From Amphiscolops sp. MND2022 (lineage: Eukaryota), in assembly GCA_964187785.1 (NCBI GenBank), contig OZ076409.1, forward strand, positions 24,802,001-24,866,000: 64,000 nt of DNA, read 5' to 3'. Position numbers and translations under genes: made by a program. This document shows, piece by piece, positions 13,101 to 24,441 of this stretch. Under the pieces are notes generated by a model that did not search any database, was not told where the DNA came from, and worked only from the letters and a program-made list of their open reading frames with translations. How positions within the stretch are numbered: position 1 is the first letter of the stretch; each line of letters starts with the position of its first letter.

Positions 13101-16100
13101 CAAGTCATTCAAACTTCGAGGAAGTGTTGAAACTTGAACAATCAAATTTACCTTCATGTTCAGTGTTCCGGAGTGAACGTTTTCTAACGCTGTCTCAAGT
13201 TTCTCTGCCTATCAACTGCACTAAATTAATCTTGCAATTGAGGGTAATTGAAAACAAGCCGGGAACGGCCCAAGTTGGCGCCATATCTAAAGCTCCAAAA
13301 TAGCAATAGGACTTCAAAGTGTCAAGTATTCTCTTCTATAGTACCTGCATGAGGAAAAAATTTTAAAAAAATTCCGAAATTTTTTTTCGAATTTTTTTTG
13401 TTCTGCGGTAAGTCGCATAGTGCCGAAAAATGTAAAAGGCCCTTTGAGAGTTTTTGAACATCCATTCTTTTGCAAAATAGAAAAAATTGAAGGGACCCTC
13501 TGGAGACATTTAAAAAATTTGCAAAAAAGTCTCAAAGCCGAAATAACCTGCACAAAAAATTTTTGGTAGAGGGTGGGACTCGAATCCACATCCTTCTGCT
13601 TGGCAGACCTCAAAAAAGCCTAATTAACCTCTATGCCAAGTGCCAGAAGTAGTGTGGCAGTTAGTGTTAGCGCAAGTCAGCTTATAAAGCTTATAAAATC
13701 TGTCACTTCGTTTGTCTTAAAAAAAGAAAACTCACTGCTATAGTCTGCATTTTCCACGAAAAGCGCCGACTAATAATCGGCTTAGCACCATTGCATGGGA
13801 TGTCGAAATATTTTCATATCAAGAATTTGGTTGAAAGTTCATTTGTTTTATTTTTCAGTTATCTGGCTCTTTGGGCGATTTGGTTAAACAAGTGTTGGAG
13901 GCTCAGAGCAGAGGTGACACTTTGTCGAAAGAGGACATCATAAATGCTATTATGAATCGGACCTCCTTGGCTCCCAGCAACAAGATGGGAAGCATAGCTC
14001 CCCCGGTTCCCTCCGACGGTTTCTTCTCATCCATACCCCCTATCAAGAAAAAGGTCGAAACCAGAGACAGTCCTGCCCAAGTTGACCTTCCCAACGAAAT
14101 GGCCGCTACTCAGAGAGGTTGTTTTATTATTCCACTCCTGAATCTTGCAAGACTGCTATAACGTAATTTTGATCAAAAGATGCAAACATCAGGCATTTTT
14201 TCTTTGGCTGTGTGTGCTAAACTGAACCTCCGTGTATGATAATTCCAATATGCCTCCCATTGTTTCAGCTGAATTGCGCAAATTGGCGAGTGAGAAGAAA
14301 GCTGCTTTGGACGAGCGACAAAAACTGATTGACGAAATAGCTGCATGGCAAAGGAAGGTGAAAAACATGAAAGAGGCTGAAGTAGAGAGAAGAGAAATAC
14401 ATGGCAACAAATTGCGTCAGGAGTTTTCAGGTGAGAAGAATCATTTACCGTGTGTATACACGCTGCTCTCTGTAAAAATCTTGCTCCTTTATATATCTTC
14501 ACTAAAAGAGAAACTCAAGTAGAGCACGCACGAGTTTTTCAATAATTGAAGTTTATCTGGTGTTTGCTTTGAAAACGATAAAATAATGAGGAGAGTTAAT
14601 GATGGAAAGATGTATTGAAAGACTTGTGTTCATTTTAACGCTTAATTTTTGTGTGAGAAGTTTCATGTTCATTTCTCGATCTTTACAGCCAAAGTTGACG
14701 AATTCAAACGAGAAAAGAATCTTCAGTTGAATGACTTAACCAGACATTACGAGTTGCTGATGGCTGAAATTGACTCTAACCTTTCGTCTTCACATCGGGA
14801 AGAAGTTAGAAAGTTGAAAGAACAACATGCGAATGACCTGAAGGAAGTTAAACGCAAACAATGGGTTAGTAGTAGACTGAATGTTCTCGTGCTTTGCTTC
14901 TGAATATAAAATCTTCCTGACGGATTCCATAATCCACATGAATTTCAGATCGATTGACGTTACCGGCATTCAGTCTTAGGGTTATAACATGATTCTCTTT
15001 CCGATTCGATTCAATATGAAATCATTTCATTTGGGCAAACGACTAGTTGAATAGTTTGTTGACTACCTAGCCCCTTGTGGTCCCTTCGTAATGACGTGAT
15101 ATCGATAAATAGATTTTTCTGACCTTGGTTTTTAGAATAATTTTGTTGCCAATCGGAGTTGAATCCAATCTCGAGGAAAGTTCTAGGTGGCTTATTGACC
15201 GCATATTGGCTACAGGCCACTTAAAGATTTTTTTGAATAACAACAGGTGTCAATCCCTCAGACCAATTGTCTATTGCCTAATTTTTTGAAAATGTTTCAG
15301 TGTGCTTACTGTTTGAAAGAGTCCCAGTACCATTGCTGCTGGAATACTAGTTACTGCGACTACAGATGTCAACAAAAGCACTGGAGCGAACACATGAAGA
15401 CTTGTACCCAGAAGTCGAGGAATTCTGCAAAGGTTTGTTTGCAACTGAATTAAATCCTTGAGTAATTTTAGTAACCGATACCTAGTCGATATTTAATGCC
15501 TTGACAACTGTCGTTATTTTTCAAAAGTGCAATATTCGAAACATTTTTTGTCGGCGCTTGATGAAGTGAAACGCGACTATAGTAGTGACTTTTTCACTCC
15601 ACACGAACTGACCAAAATAGTTCTACAAAATTTTAAGGGCCAAATTGGACCATTTGGCCCAGGGAACTAATAGTTTGAACTGAACTAATAGTTGCTCCTT
15701 TTTTAGCGTAACATACAATACCGGACGAGACTAAAGGGTCCCCCTTTCGGCTTTTTTCGGTACTGTGAGACTTTTTTTCGAAAAACCCCGGTGCCCCAGT
15801 TCTGTCCCCTTTGGGTTTTCGGGTACTGTGGAAGAGAACACTTGACACTTTGAAGTCCTTTTGCTGTTTTCGAGCCTTAGACAAAGGGCTGCTCATCTCA
15901 GTTTTTATATGGCTGATTTTAATCTTTATTTTTTCATTTTCCGCATTTTCAGGTTTCGAAGTACTAGCTTATCGGAACGTTATGACGTTATGTTTTTGAT
16001 AGAAAGCTGCATCTTCGTCTCAGAGCAGTTCTTCGGAAAACAGCAAAGGAAGACCTTCGCCCATGCCTTCTCCCTCTGCCTCTCCGGCATCTACCACTTC

Positions 16101-17298
16101 GTCTAGCCTGCCAATGAACATGTTCACGCCCGCCAGTGTGTCTGGTTTGACCAATGGCCCGGCAGTTCCCTGTAGCAGCAACGTAGCCCTCTCTGTAGCA
16201 GGCATTCATGGTGCACCGCCCCACATGTCTACCAATCCTCAGATGCAGCCAGTGGCCACCATCGCGCCAAACAGCATCCCTCAAGGAGCTCAATTTGTTA
16301 CTCTACCTCCGGGAACTTTGGTGAGTGTTATAGAACAATCTTAATATTTTCAGCCACAACTTTTTTGTCACGTATTTTTAATCAACACCTCACCATTTTC
16401 TCTGTCCCAATGCCATCATGTGATCATGGGTTTGTTATGAGATGAAGAGAAATTAAGGTGCTTTTGTTTTTCAGCCTCCTCCAGGAAGCGTTCCGATGAT
16501 GTTCAATCCCAACGTTCAACAACCTCCCAATGTTCTGCCGTTCAATGCCGCCGCCGTGAGTGCTTCTTTTGATTCTAATGCATTTTTCGAATGCAGAAAT
16601 TGATCGCAACAGCATTTGCTGCCTGAAGTATGCTCTATTTTCTTCCACCATAGTAGTTGACTCCCTTTTGAGCGGTAACAGCACCGTGATTTCAAACAAT
16701 TTTTCACTGCCAGAAAATACTGTCTAGTTAAGTGTGATTTTTTCATGGTCAATTTTATATACCTTAGACTCAATTTGGCTTCTATTTTTCCGTTAAATCT
16801 GTACACTTGCTTTCAAGTTAGGGAGGAGGTTGTGTCACACTGCTTAAGTGGAGCTTCATAGTCCCATTGAGGGAAAACGAAGCCCCTTTTTGGACGTTTT
16901 TCGTCACTTGTTTCTACCCTTGTTCACAATTTTTTACCTCGCGTACATCCCACTTTGTCAGTTTCTCGTTTGTTCTTAATCCACTTCGGTTAGATATTGG
17001 CAAGGCTCGTGTTAGGCTCCCCGGTGCCTATGCTATCTTTATCAGCTGATTTACAAGAAAATACCGCAATTGTAAAAACTTTTGGAATCTCTCTTTCCAT
17101 TTTTTTCCATCAAAACTTTCGTGATCACATTTTTTACACTTTAAAAAAGTTAACTAAGTATTGATGCCAAAGTTGTGGATATTCATTTTTGGATGTATTT
17201 AGATGATGCAGATGGGACCTCCCCCAGTTTCTGTCATGCCCGGATCCAGCATGGGTGCGCCTTGAACACTTGACTTCCGTACTGAACCACAAGTTATG
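4192..17298 (+). CDS. ZMYND8: PHD-bromodomain-PWWP-MYND chromatin reader; exons 4192-4220, 4465-4682, 4960-5272, 6442-6494, 6565-6626, 7402-7569, 7892-8245, 9478-9792, 10655-12493, 13859-14117, 14269-14430, 14689-14864, 15301-15432, 16003-16320, 16475-16555, 17203-17298 (terminal exons less certain)
   Basis: [12 protein letters not shown]...[10 protein letters not shown]; bromodomain [14 protein letters not shown]...IFNGPHS; CPDCY...[19 protein letters not shown]...RFFGAHDRA (PWWP); KRKQW|CAYC...[17 protein letters not shown] (MYND). Splice phases are consistent. Confidence 0.9.
5610..6437 (+). mobile_element. Non-autonomous Helentron/DINE-1-like (HINE) element with an internal tandem array
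   Basis: 5' TTTTAGTCGGCGCT, degenerate inverted copy ACCGACTTA near the 3' end, terminal hairpin GCCG-TTCC-CGGC followed by TTGTT. Same family recurs across the window. Confidence 0.7.
5977..6292. repeat. 24-bp minisatellite, about 13 units of AAAGGGTCCCCCTTCAAAAATGC(G/A)
   Basis: Directly visible near-perfect tandem array. The unit is the GGGTCCCCCTT motif also dispersed through the repeat family. Confidence 0.95.
8355..9310 (+). mobile_element. Dispersed repeat related to the HINE family, with a tRNA-like segment at about 8409-8481
   Basis: Family motifs TTTTCGGCACTATGAGACT and AAGGGTCCC. TGGTCTAGTGG (A box) and GTTCGAACCC (B box) lie near the 5' end. Boundaries approximate. Confidence 0.55.
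9848..10430 (-). mobile_element. Degenerate LINE 3' fragment with a microsatellite tail
   Basis: (AAT)n run at 9848-9866 followed by decayed minus-strand coding-like sequence. Family assignment is tentative. Confidence 0.4.
13253..13773 (-). mobile_element. HINE-like element, reverse orientation
   Basis: AACAAGCCGGGAACGGC hairpin end at left; AAGCGCCGACTAA subterminal repeat at right. Confidence 0.7.
15544..15882 (+). mobile_element. HINE-like element, 3'-truncated
   Basis: 5' end closely matches the copy at 5610 (GTCGGCGCTT.ATGAAGTGAAACGCGACTAT). It ends at GAGCCTTAGA without the hairpin. Confidence 0.65.
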
Positions 17299-18594
17299 AG
17301 AAGAAAGAAAATCAAAACTGCAGAATCCAAACCAAACATTTTTCTCACTGGCCTCTTGTATGAAAAAACTGTTTTGTAATTCTTCCAACATTAGAGTTCT
17401 CATACAATTCTCCTCTCTTCCCACATTATCATGTTACACACGGGTTGTAGTACCTCTGGAGTCGCGCTGACGTTTGAACTGTATATCGTTGATCATAATG
17501 TCCAATTTGTTTACATGTGAGTTTATCCTGTTGATTTCACTTCCAGTCATCTCCGTCAGTCATGATCAGAAACAAATTTAATCTAGTTTTTTTTTGTTTT
17601 GCTGAGTTTTTGAATGTAAAAATGATGACCATAACGCGTTCTGAATCAGCATATAAATATATTTCCACAAAAATATCAAACACATTTCTTCGTCTGTTTT
17701 GTACAAGCAAAGTTATCCGATGAAATAATTTACTGGCGGTGTTTCTGGAAAGAGTCGATGAGGTTTATAAATGTCCTGCTGTTGTCCCTGCATAGTCTTT
17801 TCTTTTCCTCCTTCCCTGATATTTTTAGTTTTTCATGTTTTATGTTGGAACTTTAACACAACTATCATGATCCAAAATTGAGTTGAAAAACTGAAGTACA
17901 AATTTCCTGATGAAGAAACTATTGTCATCTATTGAATGGTTAGTTCCTATGTTTTGGTATAACATTCACACTACACAAATTTGTTTTCGCTATCCATGTT
18001 TAGGCCATGATATCTATAGTATCGGTATCCTATTTCCGCGTTGCTTGGAAGTATTTTGAATACAAAATTTAATTTTTCATTCTCAACTTTTTTTGTTAAA
18101 CAGGCAGGAAATTTTCGGATTAACATTTTATATCATACACTTGATATCTACTTGATTGAAAGCTGCCCTCCAACAAAAGCCATCTCCTTAAATCAGAACC
18201 TGCTCACCAAAAGCAGTTCAAATAGCAAGTTTCACTCCAAACTAATCCTAACAATCTATCTTTCAGTGCTTTTTCAGGTTACCTTGTCAATGCCTGAAGA
18301 TTGTGTGGTTAATTTGTTCCTCGTTGGAATTTCTTCAAAACAACGTGGGAATGCCCCTAATTGGTGTCGAGTTTGAGGCTCAAAAACCAGTGTTTGAAAT
18401 ATTCTAAAAGAATGTTTTTATGGTAATTCTAAAAAAATCTCATGGTACCGAAAAATTACCAAAGTCGCTGCAAACAAGCTCAGAGGGGTCTGGCCCCTTG
18501 GCTTCTTTGACGTTGGGAGCAGATTTATAAAACTTATTTGTTAGGTCTGTCAGTTCGAGTGGTCTTGAATTATATCCCTGAGATGAAGCCTCAA

Positions 18595-19582
18595 TTTTTA
18601 GTCGGCGCTTTTCTAGTGAAAAGAGCCCGACTCTTACAGTGGCTAGTTTTTCTTTTTTTTTCGTCAGACCACAGACCTCATCGCGTATGTACCACTTTTT
18701 ACAGAAACTGATAAAACTACTCCGGCCAAGTCCGGCCGATGCAAACTTAGTGCAAAGGGTCCCCCTTTCATTTTTAACCTTTTTTACGTAACCTACAAAA
18801 CCAGAAGAGACTAAAGGGTCCCCCCTTTCAATTTTTTTCGGCACTGTGCGACTTTTTTGAAATTTTTTAAATGTCTCAGAGTCCCCCTTTCGAGTTTTTT
18901 GATATTTTGCAACAGAATATACGTTAATAAAGCCCAAAGGGTCCCCCCTTTTACATTTTTCGGCACTATGCGACATTTTCTGAAAGAAAAAAATCAAAAA
19001 TTATCGTTTTTTTAAAAGTCTTTTGCGCTTTTTGAGCCTTAGATATAGCGCCGACTTTAGACGTTCCCGTCTTGTTTTTCGTCAGACCACAGACCTCATT
19101 ACGTATGTACCACTTTTTAGTACAGACTTTACTCGGTTTACGGTGAACCCAGCGGTCACGGGTTCGAGTCCTTGCTTTAGCCAGAAACTTCTTCGAGCAT
19201 TTGCGAAAGCGGGCGAGACTAAAGGGTCCCCTTTTTCGGCACGGTGCGACTTTTTTTCGATTTTTTTTGCCTTCAAAGGGCCCCGCCTTCAAGTTTTTTG
19301 ATATTTTGCAGCAACCTAAAGTGCCAAAAAGCTCAAAGGGTCTCCCCTTTTAAGTATTTCGGCACTATGAGACTGTTCAAAATTCTCATTTTTCGTTTTC
19401 TTTCGAAAATTTAAAAAAAATCGAATTTTTTTTTGTCTCCAAAGGTTCCCCCACAATTTTTTTGATCTTTTGCAACAAACTGGATTTTCAAAAAGCCCGA
19501 AGTGTCCCCCCTTTTACAGTTTTAAAAACTGCGCTTTTTGAGCCTTAGATATAGCGCCGACTTTAGACGTCCCCGTCTTGTT
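18595..19582 (+). mobile_element. Composite HINE-like element with two tandem 3' termini (about 19076 and 19582)
   Basis: One 5' TTTTAGTCGGCGCT and two copies of GAGCCTTAGATATAGCGCCGACTTTAGACGT(T/C)CCCGTCTTGTT. Confidence 0.75.
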
Positions 19583-20324
19583 AAATCGAGCAATACTTGA
19601 GTATTACGATGATGACGGAAACAGGAGCTACGAAAAGTTTTTTGTTCCTCTCGTTCAGTTGTTGAGTATTCCGGAATGAAAGTTTTCCCAACTCAGTTTC
19701 ACATTTCAGTTCCAAGACACGACACTGTATTCTTAGTTTAGTCGCAAATTAAACCAATATGCGCTATTTCACGAACAATTCTTGACCTGAATTTTTTGAC
19801 CGATGGTTAAACCAATGGACAAAATTGCTTATTTATTAATGGAACCTCTAAAGTCAAATTTGCCTTTGCGTTTTCTAAGCAACAACAAAGACATTTTCTG
19901 CGGAAACGAGCTTTCGAAGTGAAAACGTCAAACTTGGTTGAATTTGAGGAGCTTCTGTTACAATTTCTACGTTTATTTAACGCGTTCAAAGCTTCTTGAA
20001 AGGTACGAAAAAGTATCAGCCCTCGACTGATAACCGATCAAACTTAACAGCTAACAGCACATTCTAACAGTAATTGAATTTTGATTCATCTCGGCAACAA
20101 TTGAGAGCGGAAGCAGCAATTATTACATCATATTTTTTGTATAATTTTCCTGTAATCTTTCCACTCTTCGTCGAATTTAGTGTTGATGTCTCCTGTAACC
20201 AATCTTTTATTGTGGCATATCAGTCCTCGGTCAACCGATGATTGGTGGTTCTTGAATGCTGTATAACAGTTTTAGCTTTTTGCAGATTAGTATGTTTTAA
20301 TTACCCATCCTATCATACCCAAGA

Positions 20325-23300
20325 ATGGATTTTCTCAAACGTCATCGCAGGAAGTTTGTGGGCACCGGAGTTTTTTTGACAGGCGGCTATGCTCTATACA
20401 GGTCAGTAGCTCTTCCGTTATCGTGGTTTTTTTGGTCGGTTTATGTATCAAGCTTATCGTTACAAATAAAGGAAAATATTCCAAGATATTCAAGACAGAT
20501 TCCACATTGCATTGTTCGATTTGATACGTGGTATTGTGTGTCTGTGCAATACATTATGGATGTAAATAGATCAAAAGGTCTTCTTCAAGTTTGAGTAACG
20601 GCAAGTTTTGCATTTTGAATTTGAAATTTTTCCTACCAAAGTACCAATAAACAAACTAAGCGTGTTTTGCCTCTCAGACATCTGCAAGTTTATTCAAACA
20701 TATCTGAAATACTTGAAAGTGTCTGATGAAATAAAAACTTTGCAGCATTTGACCATCTTCCGGGAATGTGAAAGTTACGGGTCTTTTTCGATAGTTTCTG
20801 AAATTTTTGATCGAGTGTTTGGGCTGGGAACCCGTAATCAACCGTTGGTAACTTCTGGTCCTTTATCTTTGCAGATTTCTGAAGTACAAGATCCAGCAGC
20901 ATGCAGAGTTGAGACTGGAGGAGATGATTGAACAGAGCAGAAAGACGAGCCACTTCTTGTCCAACCAGGAGACCTGTCTGCAGACTGTAGTCTCTTTCCT
21001 GCCCAATCTACAGATACTCATCGCCCGGTGCTTCGACTCACAGCAGCTCAGAGCGAGTCTCGACGAAAACCCAGCCAAAAAGGTTATATACTTTTCGGAA
21101 TGACAAACCATGGCAAGTTCGGCAAAGTAAAGCGTATGCAGCCAATATCCGTTTTGATTTTGTATAGAAAATCCTTCGGAAGGGCGAGCTGGTAATGGCC
21201 AAGTTTTGAGATGAAATTAAATAGAATAACCAATTTTTTTCAAATGCGACGTTCGAAAGTTTCACGATTTTTTTCAACGATGTTTGAAGCAGAGTGAGTA
21301 GCTTGGTTATGCGACGATTGTTACTCTGCTTTTCAGCTGGAAATCTGGAGAGACCTCATGATGACCAGTGTGTGTCGATGCATGGCCTCTATCTACTCTC
21401 TGCCCTTGTTGTATATCTTTGTTAGAGTCCAAGTCAACATCCTCGCAGCTCAGATGTACAAAAATCAACACACTGATACCACAAGTAACTAACAGATTTC
21501 ACTTGAATTGCCATTCATTAATTATCATGACAGAAATGTTTTTCAAATCCCCCCACACCCAACCGAGAACAATTACTGACTCCACTGGATTGTTTCCAAA
21601 ATTTCTCAATCAATTAACTACTCTGTTCAGATTACTCGTACAAGTCGACGACCATAAATAGAATTTTAGGTGAATATATGAGCAGAAACTTGTATTGAAA
21701 TCGCTAAATTTATTTGGAATAAAACAATTTGCAATATTATTGCTATAAAAATATTACAGTTTGAAAATACAAGGAAAGATAGATTTGGACCATTCGGGGC
21801 GAAAGATGCTTGGTTTTGTTCTGTAAACAATCATGAAAATCTGACAATGTTGGACATCTTACAGGTGAGGGCGATGAAAGTGGCCAGGAGCTACGTAGAG
21901 CGTATCTGTCGGAGCTAAAATACTTTCTCACAGATGGGCTCAAAACCCTGTTCGCTGTAATTGAACGGGTGGTTCGGCAGCATGTGAAGAACATTTCGTT
22001 GAAAGATCAATTCTCGGTGCTAGACATGAAAACATTCTTCTTCAACATCAAAAACGACCTCGACTTCCAATTGGACGCAGAGGTGGTCCTGAATGAAGAC
22101 AAAAAGGCTTGCTTCACTCACATTTTGTTGCCCAATGTAGAAAGTCAAAGAGTGGTCACTCTTCCCGCAATGTCTAGAGCTTCTTTGGAGTAAGTTTTCG
22201 CTCAAGTGATGAATTTAATAGCTAGCTATATTCTTCAGTTTTTCGCCAAATGTTTCGAAAAGTGCCCGACTCTTACAGTGGCTAGTTTTTTTCTTTTTTT
22301 TTCGTCAGACTACAATCTCACTCTGATTGGGCCACTTTTCTTACAATCGAAACTACTAAAACTACCAGCATAAGAGGCCAAGTCCGGTCAGCGGAAATTA
22401 CTGCAAAAGGGTCCCCCTTTCATTTTTTACTTTTTTACCGTAACCTACAAAACCGGACGAGACTAAAAGGTTCGATTTTTTTCGGCATTGTGCGACTTTT
22501 TTCGAAAATTTTTTAATGTCTCAAAAGAGCCCCCTTTCGAGTTTTTTGATATTTTGCAACAGAATATATGTTAATAAAGCCCAAAGGGTCCCCCCTTTTA
22601 CATTTTTCGGCACTATGCGACATTTTCTGAAAGAAAAAAATCAAAAATTTCAAGTTTTTTTTAAAAAGTCTTTTGCGCATTTTGAGCCTTAGATATAGCG
22701 CCGACTTTAGACGTTCCCGTCTTGTTTGACTTCGTTTCCAGTTTACTTCCAAATAAGATCACCTTTCTGAAATTTCTCATTGGTCCCTCAGCTTGAGGTT
22801 TTACCTTTCATTTGCTCAAATGTAATTTCCCAATAAGTAACTACAGTTAAGTAAACTGATCAGTTGTAATAATGCATGTTTATATGCAATATTTATAGAA
22901 CGGAGTCAGAATCGGATACTTCTCTGGACAAAAAATCGTCTCTGGCAGCAGCTCAAAAATTTCCATCATTCACAAATTGTGTTCTATCGTACATGGAATC
23001 AAAACGAACGACAGTGCAGAAAGTTTTCCGCCTCAATTCCACCAAAGCCAACAGCTCCTCGTTGAATCTGAAAACGCTGTTGCTCCAGACGAGAGATATT
23101 CTAGACATGCAGGACTTTTCTACAACTGTGATGGAGCTCACCAACAAGAGTGTCCTCTTCTGTATTTCGTTGTTGGCTTCCAACAGTTCCGTGACTGCCG
23201 CTCAGTCTCCTCATCGAGTGAGTTTCATCACTTTTTTCACTGCTTCAAAAAGTGTTTTCACTCAAAAAAAGTTATTTCCTGCTATTTATGTCGCTACCAA

Positions 23301-24116
23301 AAGTTTTTTTTTTAACGCATACGTTGATGCCCCGATTAAGACTCACTTAAAAAGAGCGTTTGGGGTCTTTCGGACTTTGCAAGCCTGAGAACTTAACATT
23401 GCATTGGGACGAGAAAGAGATGAAAAGTAGAATGTTTTTGATTTAAAACGCATTTTTGCAAATGTTTCAACATATTACGTTATAACCGAGCTTGAATTGT
23501 AACTAATATTTCTCAACTCCGAGAAATTTAATCACCCATTTACGTTATATCGGCGATCGTCATATCCAAATTATTCAACGTTTCATTCAATATATCTAAG
23601 TGTGCGGCTGGTGTTGTTGAGTTTTAAAATTTTCATCAATCCAAATGTAATAGTAGAACATTTGATCTCTCTTTTGTCCACTTCGTCGAATTCTAAAAAC
23701 GGAGGCAAGAGAAGTCAGTCATTATAACAGTCGGAGTAGGTTTCATAAAGCGCCGACTGGAAAGAACTTCGAAAATTATTTGATTTGCTCGTTTTCGTCA
23801 GTTTTGGAACAATTGTCAGTAACCAAAGGTTTGGGTGTTTCCTAGCAATTGCATGAGTTTGTACCAGCATATATCCGTACTTTGTTGCCAGGTCAATTTC
23901 TCCGAAGAAGGGTCCGATGACACCTCTGGTGTGGAATCACGGGTAACTATGCCCATGGCTAAATGGGTGCCTGTTCTTGACTCACAGCTTTACTCTCTCT
24001 GTCGGTTCGACGATCAATCCAATTGTCTGCTCCTTCATTTACACTTCGACAAAACTGTGAGGACCTTCTCTGAAAATATTTATGAAGCCTTTCTCAATTT
24101 CGATGACGGAAGTTAA
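20325..24116 (+). CDS. PEX3: Peroxin-3; exons 20325-20401, 20875-21082, 21337-21484, 21865-22189, 22899-23217, 23892-24116
   Basis: N-terminal basic motif plus membrane anchor MDFLKRHRRKFVGTGVFLTGGYALY; HFLSNQETC; KLEIWRDL...RVQVNILA; MPMAKWVP; FSENIYEAF. Phases are consistent. Confidence 0.92.
22258..22726 (+). mobile_element. HINE-like element lacking the 5' end, in a PEX3 intron
   Basis: Close match to 18620-19076, including the 3' terminus. Confidence 0.7.
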
Positions 24117-24441
24117 GTAAAATTTAACTTTATTTTTGAAACTCCCGATCCACTTATGGTTGTTTATTTTTCATTTATAAATAAATCAGTTATTTTTCTA
24201 TAATTTATATTTTATTATATCTTTTCATTCAATTAAAATTCAATTTTCACTCAGTTTTCCCCAGCTTTCCATGGACACTGGCTTAGGAAAATAACGAGTC
24301 TTGAAAAAAAATGAGATATAGCTGAAGTCTTCTTGAAACTTTCGGTCTGTCTAAGGGCTCTAAAAGATGACGTCACTGAGGCGGAGTTGGAGTGACTGGA
24401 GTCATAACCATAGAAACACGGTTAAGTGATGTTAGCTTGTT

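Noticed and set aside
17400..18420. Additional gene or transposase between ZMYND8 and PEX3
   Set aside because: Only short broken frames with no motif I could recognise.
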